From Vicinamibacteria bacterium (GTDB taxonomy: Bacteria; Acidobacteriota; Vicinamibacteria; Marinacidobacterales; Marinacidobacteraceae): a stretch of DNA of 64,000 nucleotides. The position numbers and the translations under genes are program-made. Shown here one piece after another: positions 17,785 to 26,766 of this stretch. Under the pieces are notes generated by a model. It was not told where the DNA came from, did not search any database, and saw only the letters and a program-made list of their open reading frames with translations. Numbering within the stretch: position 1 is the stretch's first letter; every line of letters starts with the position of its first letter. Location of the stretch: assembly GCA_965199715.1 (NCBI GenBank), contig OZ241322.1, positions 896,001 through 960,000 of the forward strand, given 5' to 3'.

Positions 17785-18348
17785 ATGTCCAATGCACCGG
17801 GTTCCGCTTCGGCGACCCGGCGCTCCGGCCGGAACGAGCCGTTCCTGGCTCGCCGGCGGGGAGCTCCCGAGGAGGCCCCCAAGCATCCGGCCGCGCCTCC
17901 CGAAGCCGAAGCGGGCGTCGTCCGGGAGCGCGGGTCGCAGGCGCCGAGCCGCGAGTCCCGCCGCGCCCGGCGGCAGCGGGAGCTGGACTCGTTCCCCATC
18001 GCCCGGGCGCTCGGGCTCCGGCTCGACTACGCCGACAACGGCGTCTCGCGCATCCACCTCCCCGCCGGCCGCCAGGACACGACCCACGGCCCGATGGAGG
18101 GAAGCGTGGCGGGCACGCTGGTCGTCGCCGCCGGGCACTTCGCGGCGGCCTCGGCCGCGCCGAACGTGGCGCTGCCGCTCGTCGAGTACAAGCTGAACCT
18201 GCTGTCGGTGGTGCAAGGCGAGCTCCTCGCGATCGGCGAGGTCGTCCGCAAGGGACGCACGCTCATCAGTTGCCGGATCGAGATCGTGGAGGACAACGAC
18301 CGCACGATCGCGGTGGGTCTCGCGACCTACCTCGTCCAGCACCCCTAG
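17785..18348 (+). CDS. PaaI-family hotdog-fold protein
   Basis: VEYKLNLL...GELLAIGEVVRKGRTL is a typical PaaI C-terminus; N-terminal extension, start uncertain. Confidence 0.7.
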   Translation: MSNAPGSASATRRSGRNEPFLARRRGAPEEAPKHPAAPPEAEAGVVRERGSQAPSRESRRARRQRELDSFPIARALGLRLDYADNGVSRIHLPAGRQDTTHGPMEGSVAGTLVVAAGHFAAASAAPNVALPLVEYKLNLLSVVQGELLAIGEVVRKGRTLISCRIEIVEDNDRTIAVGLATYLVQHP

Positions 18349-19166
18349 CGCCACCAGTCGTCGCCGGGAGTCACCGGCCCGCGGCGCTTGTGCTCCGTCT
18401 CGCGGTGGAACGCCTCGATCCTCCGCGCGACCGCCTCGCGAACGCCCCGGCCCTCGAGGTAGTCGTCGATGGCGTCGTAGGGAATCCCGAGCGCCTCCTC
18501 GTCGGGGAGTCCCGGGCGGAGATCCTCGAGATCGGCGGTGGGGGACTTCTCGACGATGGAGCGGGGCGCGCCGAGCCACGCCGCGGTCGTCCGCACCCGG
18601 CGCTTGGTCAGGCCGAAGAGCGGAACGACGTCGGCGGCGCCGTCGCCGAACTTGGTGAAGAACCCGACGAGCGCCTCGGCGGCGTGGTCGGTCCCGACGA
18701 CGAGGCCCCGACCGAGGCCGGCGAGGTGGTACTGGACCGCCATGCGCATCCGGGCCTTGGCGTTTCCGCGCACGAAGTCGCGCAGCCCCTCGCTCGCGGA
18801 CGTCGATCCGGCGGCCGCGTCGAGCGCCCGCACGATCGGCGCGACGTCGACGGTCGCGACCGCGTCCGGGCGCACCCATTCAAGCGCCCGCCGCGCGTCC
18901 TCCTCGTCCCGCTGCGTCCCGTGCGGCAGGCGGACCGCGACCGCCTCGAACCCGTCCCCGAGGCGCCGCGCGGCGAGAACCGAGAGCCGCCCGGCGAGCG
19001 CGGAGTCCACCCCTCCGGACACGCCGAGGAACAGGCGCCGGCGCCCGCTCGCGGCGAGATAGTCGGCGAGGAACCCGACCCGGCGCTCGACTTCGGCCGC
19101 CGGATCGAACTCCGGGGAAATCTCCAGCCGGGCGCGAAGGGCGGCGCTCGCGGCGCGGACGGACAT
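18345..19166 (-). CDS. nadE: Ammonia-dependent NAD+ synthetase
   Basis: GVSGGVDS, GNAKARMRM, GTDHAAE..GFFTKFGDG, PTADLE, TEHKR; ATG at 19166. Confidence 0.95.
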   Translation of the reverse strand: MSVRAASAALRARLEISPEFDPAAEVERRVGFLADYLAASGRRRLFLGVSGGVDSALAGRLSVLAARRLGDGFEAVAVRLPHGTQRDEEDARRALEWVRPDAVATVDVAPIVRALDAAAGSTSASEGLRDFVRGNAKARMRMAVQYHLAGLGRGLVVGTDHAAEALVGFFTKFGDGAADVVPLFGLTKRRVRTTAAWLGAPRSIVEKSPTADLEDLRPGLPDEEALGIPYDAIDDYLEGRGVREAVARRIEAFHRETEHKRRGPVTPGDDWWR

Positions 19167-19333
19167 CGTGCCATTATCGCCCCCGCCCCGAATTCTGGCC
19201 GTCCGATCCAAAGGGTTGGACGCAGTCCCGTCCCATGGGGACATAACCACTTGAAAATCATCCGGTTCGCGTTCTCGCAAACCGGGCGCCCCGCTTGCGC
19301 GCCGGTAGCGCACTCCCTTGAGGAGGGCAAGAC

Positions 19334-22219
19334 ATGACACGATTCGGAAGCGGTTGGCCCATCGGATGGATCGGCGCGATCCTCCTGTTCGCGACCCCCG
19401 CCGCGCTCTTCGCCCAGATCACCGCCGGACGGCTCGACGGCGTGGTCCGGGACGAACAGGGCCTCGTGCTTCCGGGGGTGACCGTCACCCTCGACTCGGA
19501 CTCGCTGCTCGGGTCGAGGGTGGCCGTCACCGACGTGGACGGCTCCTACCGATTCCAGGGCCTCCCCGCCGGCGACTACGCGATGACGTTCGAGCTCGGC
19601 GGGTTCGGCACCGTGGTCCGGGAGGAAGTCCGGGTCGTGACCGGCCAGACCTTCTCGGTGAACCAGACGCTCACGGTGGCGACGGTCGAGGAGACGGTGA
19701 CCGTAACCGGCGAGTCGCCGGTCGTGGACGTCAAGTCCAGCCGGTTCGGCGGCACCTTCGACGACACCGCGATCCTCGAGGTCCCGAACTCCACCGACCC
19801 GCACGCCATGCTGGCGCTCACGCCCGGCATCCGGATGCGCGGCTTCGACGTGGCCGGCTCGCACAAGGCGCAGCAGTCCGGCTTCGACGCCTTCGGCCTT
19901 CGCGACCAGAACCGGATCGTGATCGACGGCGTGGACTCCAACTTCAGCACCGGCGGGTTCGGCTTCTACATGGACAGCCTCACGGTGAACCAGTTCAACA
20001 TCTCGAACGCGGGCGCCGACGTGGAGAACGCCTGGGCCGGGAACACGATCGTCATGGACATCAAGACCGGCGGCAACGAGATCTCGACGCTGCTGTACGG
20101 CGACTACCTCGGCGAGGGCTTCGTCGGCGACAACCTCACCTCCGAGCTGGAGGGCCGCGGCGCCGGAACGAACCACATGCTCACCTACTGGGAGGCGCAC
20201 GCCGACGTGGGCGGCCCGATCATGAGGGACCGCGCCTGGTTCTTCCTCGCCTACAACAACAACCTCACCCACCGCGCCATCTCCGGGCTCGATCCCGACG
20301 TCATCCAGGAGGAGGCCGTCCTGCGCAACTACTACGCCAAGGTCAACGTGGCGCTGTCCGAGAAGGACGAGCTCGTCGGCTACAGCCAGTGGGGGCTCAA
20401 GAACCGGCCGAACCGGGGCATCAACGCGATCAACTCGATCGACGTGCGCCTCGCGCAGGACTCGTGGACGTGGGTGCACAAGGCCGAGTGGCAGCGGGTC
20501 TGGTCGGACCGGGCGTTCTCGAACGTGAAGGCGATGCACTACGGGGTGACGTGGCCGATGGTTCCGGCGGTGGATCCCGCGTCGAGCCCACCGCGGATCG
20601 ACGTGGACACCAGCCGGCGCACCGGAGCCGGGGTCTGGCCGTTCACCTACGACAAGCAGCGGCCCCAGTTCGTCGCCATCCTGAACTACTACGTCCCGGA
20701 CGCGGCCGGAAGCCACGACCTCAAGTTCGGCGTGGACTACATGGAGGACGCCCGGCTCTTCTTCTCGAACGACGCCTCGGGCCCGATCCAGTACCGCGAC
20801 CGGTCCAGCCTCGTCTCGCCGTCCAACCCGACGGGAACCTCGGAGATCCTGTTCACGAACGTGCCCACGGCGCGCTCGGACACCCGCGACCGGAACCTGC
20901 ACTTCTTCGCGCAGGACACCTGGCAGGTCAACCCCCGGCTGACGTTCACGGCGGGCGTCCGCTTCGCCAACCAGCACGGGTACTACAACTCCTCGGACCT
21001 CGCGCCGGCGCACCCGGAATTCTTCCTGAGCGGGGTTTCGATCGAGTCGAAGGACATCTTCACCTGGAACGACTTCTACCCGCGCTTCTCGGTCACCTAC
21101 GACGTCACCGGCGAGGGCCGCACGGTGGTGAAGGCGTCGGCCAGCCGGTACACCCACAACGTGGGGCCCGACGGCTTCGTGGGCGCGAACCCGGCGTCGC
21201 GCCAGCAGGTGATCTTCGACTTCCTCGATCCGAACGGGAACGGGATCTACGACGGCCAGAACGAGCTGGGCGCGATCCTGAGCCAGTCGTCCGGAACCGG
21301 CCTGCCGGTCGGCAGCGTCACGGGCGGGGTTCCGGTGGACCTCAGCCAGAAGCGCTACTACGACGAGATCACCGCTTCGGTGGAGAGCGAGATCCTCCCC
21401 GAGACCAACTTCCGGCTCTCGTACGTGCGCAAGATGGACCGCAACGTCTTCGACACGTACCGGGTGGGCCTCCTCGACGCGCTGGTCAACAACGCGATCC
21501 CGTGCGGGGACGAGGTCTTCCCCTGCCCGACCAACCCGAACAGCGGGCAGGTCATCTCGACGCTCACGCGCCCGCCCGCCGGAACCTCGACGGCCAACGA
21601 AGTCACGACCGGCCCCGCCGGGTACGACTCCGGCGAGTTCGACAACCTCGAGGTCGGCCTCAGCCGGCGGTTCCGCGCCGGGCTGTTCCTCCAGGGCAGC
21701 TTCCATTACCAATGGCGGAACGAGCTCGTGTGCTGCGGCAGCTCGGGGAGCGCGGACACCCAAGCCGACCCGTGGACGCTCGGCATCCAGGGCAGCGGGC
21801 TCAACTGGAACTCGGCGGTGAGCACCAAGCAGGAGCACACCAACTGGAACCTGAAGGCCATCGGGCGCTACGACGTCCCGAACGTGCCGGCGGCGCTGTC
21901 GTTCCAGTACCGGGCGCAGAGCGGCTGGGCCTACGCCCCGCTCCTCCCGATCGCGATTCCCGGAGGCGCGGGGACGAACCAGGTGCCCCTCAGCGACATG
22001 AACGAGCGGTCCGACGACGTGTACATCCTCGACGTGCGGGCGGAGTTCAACGTCGGCTTCTGGGACCGGGACCGGCTTTCGGTCTTCCTCGACGCCTTCA
22101 ACGTGACCAACTCCAACCCGGTGCTGAACCAGATCATCCGGGCCGGCTCGGCGTACGGGCGGGTGATCGGCTTCCTCGAGCCGCGCACCTTCAAGGTGGG
22201 CGCCCGCTACCAGTTCTGA
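19334..22219 (+). CDS. TonB-dependent receptor with carboxypeptidase-regulatory-like N-domain (Oar-like)
   Basis: RBS GAGGAGG; G.V.DEQG.VLPGVTVT; VTVTGESPVVD; FFAQDTWQV; C-terminal GARYQF. Confidence 0.9.
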   Translation: MTRFGSGWPIGWIGAILLFATPAALFAQITAGRLDGVVRDEQGLVLPGVTVTLDSDSLLGSRVAVTDVDGSYRFQGLPAGDYAMTFELGGFGTVVREEVRVVTGQTFSVNQTLTVATVEETVTVTGESPVVDVKSSRFGGTFDDTAILEVPNSTDPHAMLALTPGIRMRGFDVAGSHKAQQSGFDAFGLRDQNRIVIDGVDSNFSTGGFGFYMDSLTVNQFNISNAGADVENAWAGNTIVMDIKTGGNEISTLLYGDYLGEGFVGDNLTSELEGRGAGTNHMLTYWEAHADVGGPIMRDRAWFFLAYNNNLTHRAISGLDPDVIQEEAVLRNYYAKVNVALSEKDELVGYSQWGLKNRPNRGINAINSIDVRLAQDSWTWVHKAEWQRVWSDRAFSNVKAMHYGVTWPMVPAVDPASSPPRIDVDTSRRTGAGVWPFTYDKQRPQFVAILNYYVPDAAGSHDLKFGVDYMEDARLFFSNDASGPIQYRDRSSLVSPSNPTGTSEILFTNVPTARSDTRDRNLHFFAQDTWQVNPRLTFTAGVRFANQHGYYNSSDLAPAHPEFFLSGVSIESKDIFTWNDFYPRFSVTYDVTGEGRTVVKASASRYTHNVGPDGFVGANPASRQQVIFDFLDPNGNGIYDGQNELGAILSQSSGTGLPVGSVTGGVPVDLSQKRYYDEITASVESEILPETNFRLSYVRKMDRNVFDTYRVGLLDALVNNAIPCGDEVFPCPTNPNSGQVISTLTRPPAGTSTANEVTTGPAGYDSGEFDNLEVGLSRRFRAGLFLQGSFHYQWRNELVCCGSSGSADTQADPWTLGIQGSGLNWNSAVSTKQEHTNWNLKAIGRYDVPNVPAALSFQYRAQSGWAYAPLLPIAIPGGAGTNQVPLSDMNERSDDVYILDVRAEFNVGFWDRDRLSVFLDAFNVTNSNPVLNQIIRAGSAYGRVIGFLEPRTFKVGARYQF

Positions 22220-22231
22220 TTCGTTCCGGCC

Positions 22232-22258
22232 CCGGCGGGTTCTTCAGGGATCCGCCGG
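22232..22258. terminator. GC-rich hairpin between convergent genes
   Basis: CCGGCGG...CCGCCGG inverted repeat 13 nt after the receptor stop; no clear U-tract. Confidence 0.3.
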
Positions 22259-22712
22259 CGGCCGGATGTCGAAGTGGTGGACGTCCTCGCGCGTTCCGAG
22301 CTTCGAGTACAGCGCGACCGGGGCCTCGTCGCCCCGGTCGGCCTGGGTGATCACGACCCACGCGCCCCGTTTCTCCGCGATCCGGCCGACCGCGCCGATG
22401 AGCGCGGCGGCGATCCCGCGCCGCCGATGCGACGCGGCCGCTGCGAGGTCGTAGATGTAGAGCTCGGAGCGCTCCCGCTCGTACTTGACCAGCTCGTAGG
22501 CGGTGATCGCCCCGACGACGCGACCGACGACGCGATCCCCGACGAGCGCGACGAACGACGCGAACGCCGGGTTTGCGAGCAGCCGGACGGCGGGCGCCGT
22601 ACTCGTCGGGCTCCTCGAAGACCTCGCCGAAGAGGTCCGGCGTCGCCGCGAAGAGCGGCTCGTCGCCAGGGCCGAGCCGGCGGACTTCAGCGGCCGCGAA
22701 GCGCCCGGACAT
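22244..22712 (-). pseudogene. Frameshifted AAC(3)-I-like GNAT acetyltransferase
   Basis: N-part (MSGRF...LFGEVFEEPDEYGARRP) and C-part (AYELVKYERERSELYIYDLA...QADRGDEAPVALYSKLGTREDVHHFDI) lie in different frames; span of 469 nt is not a multiple of 3. Confidence 0.75.
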
Positions 22713-24738
22713 GGTCGTTTTCGGGGTCGAGCGTCTCCGCCCGGTCGAGGAACCGGTTCGCTTCGGCCTCGTCGCCGAGGACGAGGTGCGCCGTCGCGAG
22801 CAGCACCAGGAGCTCGGCGTCGGGCGCGCGCAGCTCCAGCGCGCGCCTGAGCGGCGCGAGGGCGCCTTCGAACGCGCCGAGGCTGACGCGCGCCTCGCCC
22901 AGCAGGCGGGCGGCGGCGAAGCGGTCGGGATGCGCCTCGAACACCGGCTCGAGGAGGTCCGCCGCGCCGGCCGGATCGCTCCGGTCGAGCAGCAGCCCGG
23001 CGAGGAACTCGCGCGCCGGGACGAGGTTCGCGCCCGCCCGGACCGCTTCGGTCGCGAGGCGGAACGCGCGGTCCGCGTCGCCGGCGGCCTCCCACTGGCG
23101 CGCCCGCGCCAGTTCATGCGCGCCCCCGATCTCGGGCCGCAGCTCGGCGAGACCGGCCTCGACGAGGGGGCGCCCCACGTCGGCGCGGGGCGTGATCGCG
23201 AAGGGGGCCGACTTCCGGTCGAGGACCTCGCCCGAAGGGCCGGCGAGGGCGAGCTCGACCCGGTAGCGCCCGGCGGGCAGGTCCGCGAGAGGCGCGCTCA
23301 CGACGAGCGGCCCCTCCCGCTCGACGGACGCCGGGACCGAACCCCGGACCGGCGCCGGCGGATCGGGATCCTCCGAACGGATCGCCCACTCGATCCGGGC
23401 GCCCTCGGGCGCGTTCAGCGGCTCGGCGAGAACGTGGAGCCGGTCCTCCGAGCGGTAGAAGCCCTCGGGGTTGGGGAGCAGGTTGCGCCGCCCGAACCGG
23501 TAGCCCCGGTAGAGCGGATCGCCGCCGAGAAGCTCGCTGCCGTGCGCGAGCGCCGGCTGGACCAGCGCCGGCGTGTCGAAGTCCAGCTCGGGCACGTCGA
23601 GCGCGCCGTCGAGCAGCGTGTACGAACGCCGGCAGTCGGCCGCGTCGAGGCAGGCGCGGTTGCGCAGCACCACCCGAAGCTCGTGGTCGCCGGGGATGAC
23701 CGGCGCCGCGCCCCGGAACCGGAACGGGCGCGAGAGCGCGGCCGCCTCGGCCTCGGTCACCGAGAAGAACGCCTCGGACCGATCCTCGTAAAGGACGGCG
23801 TCGCCGGACGTGATCTCGATGGAGACGATGAAGTCCGCCCCATGGACCCCGCGGTCGGGATCGCGGACGACCATGATGGAGGTCGGCGGCAACTGGATCG
23901 CCCAGTGCGTCCAGTACCCGCCGGGACCGGGGAGCACGTGGTGGAAGCCTGCGCTGGGGACGTGGCGGAACAGGTAGTCGCTCTCGACGACGCCGAGGTC
24001 GAACCGCTCGGCGTAGCTCGTGTCCACCCGCCGCCAGGGGGCCTCGCGGATGTCCTCGACCAGCGAGAGCGTCCCGAACCCGCGCACGTCCCCGAAGTTC
24101 GTCCCCTCGTCGGTGCGGAACGACAGCGACGCGGACGCCAGCTCGGGGCTGACCTCGTGGAGCGCGTCGAACGCGATCTCCTCGGCGCGGCGAAAGTCGC
24201 CCTGGACGAACGGGCTCGGAGCGATCAGGAGCGCCCGCGGCCCGTCCTCGACCGGGCTGTAGAGCCTCATCTCGCCCGCGCCGAAGCGCCGGAAGAAGAG
24301 CAGGTAGAAGAAGCCGGGAAGTCCCCGCTCCAGCAGCGCCGCGTCGTTGTAGAACCACAGCTCCGCCGGATGGATCGCGTTGGACCAGGTCAGGTCGTCC
24401 TTGATCCGGGGCGGCCCGAGGACGATGTGGAACCGGCCCCGGTCGGTGCGCCAGCCGGCGCGCCCGGTGTCGCGCCCGTAGAAGCGGTTCGCGTAGTCGA
24501 TCCGGGCGTGGTGCTCCTCGCGGAACTCGTTCTCGGGCGTGAGCGGGTCGGGGTCGCGCCGGTCCCAGAACGCCTCGACGAAGGCGTCGCGGAGCTCCTC
24601 GCCCTCGAGCGCGAGGAACGCGTCGCGCTCCGCGTCGGAGATCACGTACGCGACTTCCTCCTCCACCCAGACGCGGTGGCGCTCGGACATTCCCTGGGCG
24701 AGGCCGGCCAGCAGCACGGCCGCGGCGAGCGCGGTCAC
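22687..24738 (-). CDS. GWxTD domain protein with C-terminal TPR repeats
   Basis: WVEEEVAYVIS, FWDRRDPDP.TPENEF.EEH..RI.YAN, GWRTDRG, LGPP; TPR-like helices at the C-terminus. Confidence 0.88.
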   Translation of the reverse strand: MTALAAAVLLAGLAQGMSERHRVWVEEEVAYVISDAERDAFLALEGEELRDAFVEAFWDRRDPDPLTPENEFREEHHARIDYANRFYGRDTGRAGWRTDRGRFHIVLGPPRIKDDLTWSNAIHPAELWFYNDAALLERGLPGFFYLLFFRRFGAGEMRLYSPVEDGPRALLIAPSPFVQGDFRRAEEIAFDALHEVSPELASASLSFRTDEGTNFGDVRGFGTLSLVEDIREAPWRRVDTSYAERFDLGVVESDYLFRHVPSAGFHHVLPGPGGYWTHWAIQLPPTSIMVVRDPDRGVHGADFIVSIEITSGDAVLYEDRSEAFFSVTEAEAAALSRPFRFRGAAPVIPGDHELRVVLRNRACLDAADCRRSYTLLDGALDVPELDFDTPALVQPALAHGSELLGGDPLYRGYRFGRRNLLPNPEGFYRSEDRLHVLAEPLNAPEGARIEWAIRSEDPDPPAPVRGSVPASVEREGPLVVSAPLADLPAGRYRVELALAGPSGEVLDRKSAPFAITPRADVGRPLVEAGLAELRPEIGGAHELARARQWEAAGDADRAFRLATEAVRAGANLVPAREFLAGLLLDRSDPAGAADLLEPVFEAHPDRFAAARLLGEARVSLGAFEGALAPLRRALELRAPDAELLVLLATAHLVLGDEAEANRFLDRAETLDPENDHVRALRGR

Positions 24739-26717
24739 GGGACGGCCGGCCGACCGGCTTCGTACCGGGCGATCCGGCTCTGGACGCCGGGAAGAAGCGA
24801 GGCCGGGCCGTGGTCGCGGGCGATCGCCTCCGCCGTGCGCGCGGCCACGAGCGCGCCCTCGAAGTCGCCGGCCGCGGCGAGCGCCGCGCCCAGCGTGTCC
24901 GCCGCCGAGGCGTCCTCGTGCCCCGAGAGCTCCGAGGCCCGGCGCGCCCAGGCCACGGCGCGCTCCGGATCGCGCAGCGAGGGCGAGACCGCGAGGATCC
25001 ACGCCGCGGCGTCGAGCGCGGCGACGTCGTCCGGCTCGGCGGCGATCGAGATCTCCAGATGCGCGATGGCGAGCTCGAGCTCCCCGCGCTGCGCCCGGAT
25101 CAGGCCGAGGTTGCGGTGCGCCTCGGGATCGCCGGGAGACGCGCCGAGCGCGCCCTCGAGCGCCTCCTCGGCCTCGGGCACGTTGTCCTCCATGAGGAGG
25201 ATGCGGGCGAGGCCGAGCCGCGGCTCGACGAGCGCCGGATCCAAATCGGTCGCGCGACGGTACAGGCGCTCGGCCTCGATGCGGGCCCCGAGCCGCTCCC
25301 GGAGGAAGCCGAGGTTGTGGATCGCCGCCGCGTACTCCGGATCGAGCCGCACCGCTTCCTCGAGGTGGGCCGCCGACTTCTCCCATGCTCCTCGCGCGAG
25401 CAGCGAGATCCCGAGGTTGGCGTGCGCCCGGGGATACTCGGGGTCGAGCTCCACGGCCCGGCGGAAGCGCTCCTCCGCGGCCTCGGGATCCCCGGCGGAG
25501 CGGTGGGAGAAGCCGAGGTTGTGCTGGAACTCGGCGTTGTCGGGGAGCAGCGCGACGAGGTTCCGGTAGCGGTCCAGCATCGGCGCGGCGCCGGCGCCCG
25601 ACTCGAGGACGAAGAGCCCGGCGAGCGGCAGGAAGAAGAGCCCCGCCCAGCGCCAGGCGTGGGCCGTGGAAGCGATCGCCGCGCCGGTCGCCCGCACCCC
25701 GAGCGGCCCGCCGGTCTCGCGCTCGCGGATCCTCCAGATGAAGCCGTCGAAGTAGAAGTGGAGCATCGTCGAGGCGGCCACGAACGCGAGCGCGCCCCGC
25801 TGGACCGACGGGTTCGCGACGACCTCGGGGACGAAGCGGAAGAGCCCGTAGCCGAGCACGAGCCCCACGTACACGAACAGCATGGTCCGCCCGCCGCCGA
25901 AGAGCGCACGGGTGAAGGCGCCGGCCTCCCGGTCGCGGGCGCGGGCGCGGTTGAACGCCCAGACGATCGAGAGGTACTGCACGTCGTGGAAGATCTCGAA
26001 GAGCGCGACCCCGAGCACGGCGTAGGGAACCTGGACCGAGCACCACCACCAGAACCCGAAGCTCATCGCGGCGGCGAGCAGCTTGATCGGGTGCTGGCCC
26101 TGTCCGCGCAGGAGATCCCGCCCGGCGCGGAAGACGAAGACCGCCGTGACCGCGTACAGCGCCGCGTCGAAGCCGGCGCGGAACCCGAAGAACAGCTCCG
26201 GCGGCAGCAGCGGCGCGCCGAGCGCGTACCACAGCTCCAGCATCTCGCCGAGCCGGCCCGGCGAGTGCAGCGCTCCGTACGCGAACCAACCGACGCACAG
26301 GAACCAGTCGAGCCGCGCGGTGAGCCTCGCGGTCGCCCCGACGCGCCCGTCGTAGATGCGCAGGAAGCCGTACGCCTGGAGCGCCCCGTGCCAGATCCCC
26401 CACACGAGCACGATCAGCGAGACCCCGTTGAGGCCGCCCGCGGCGAAGCCGAGCGCCGCCGCGAGGAAGACGACCGGCGCGAGCAGGAAGCGGGCGCGGA
26501 ACCGCCGGAAGAGCGCCCGGTCGCCGTAGGCGCGCATCATCCCCGGCAGGTGGTGGCCGAGCGCGCCGAACCCGGCGACGAGCAGCCCGACCGAGTACGC
26601 GGTCTCGCGCCCCTGGAGCAGGAACGCCAGCGGCAGGATCAGGATCGGCGTCGCGACCAGCAGGAGGAGGTCGGACCCGGGCCCGAAGACCCACAGATCG
26701 CGGCGGGCGCGGGTCAT
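24735..26717 (-). CDS. Polytopic membrane protein with His motifs fused to TPR repeats
   Basis: Multiple TM segments with GHH, WH..LQ.YG, FHD.QY, LHFYFDG; C-half has AHANLG/HNLG TPR repeats. Confidence 0.75.
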   Translation of the reverse strand: MTRARRDLWVFGPGSDLLLLVATPILILPLAFLLQGRETAYSVGLLVAGFGALGHHLPGMMRAYGDRALFRRFRARFLLAPVVFLAAALGFAAGGLNGVSLIVLVWGIWHGALQAYGFLRIYDGRVGATARLTARLDWFLCVGWFAYGALHSPGRLGEMLELWYALGAPLLPPELFFGFRAGFDAALYAVTAVFVFRAGRDLLRGQGQHPIKLLAAAMSFGFWWWCSVQVPYAVLGVALFEIFHDVQYLSIVWAFNRARARDREAGAFTRALFGGGRTMLFVYVGLVLGYGLFRFVPEVVANPSVQRGALAFVAASTMLHFYFDGFIWRIRERETGGPLGVRATGAAIASTAHAWRWAGLFFLPLAGLFVLESGAGAAPMLDRYRNLVALLPDNAEFQHNLGFSHRSAGDPEAAEERFRRAVELDPEYPRAHANLGISLLARGAWEKSAAHLEEAVRLDPEYAAAIHNLGFLRERLGARIEAERLYRRATDLDPALVEPRLGLARILLMEDNVPEAEEALEGALGASPGDPEAHRNLGLIRAQRGELELAIAHLEISIAAEPDDVAALDAAAWILAVSPSLRDPERAVAWARRASELSGHEDASAADTLGAALAAAGDFEGALVAARTAEAIARDHGPASLLPGVQSRIARYEAGRPAVP

Positions 26718-26766
26718 GGGCGTGAATCTAACCGGCGGGGCGGGCCGTTTCACCCGCCCCCCGGAC

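Noticed and set aside
14225-17797. 1190-aa ORF ending in MurA (similarly 22687-26694, 50898-53480, 52346-56020, 59430-62180)
   Set aside because: The N-terminal parts are off-frame readings of other genes; these are not true fusions, unlike E1beta-E2 where both halves are recognisable.
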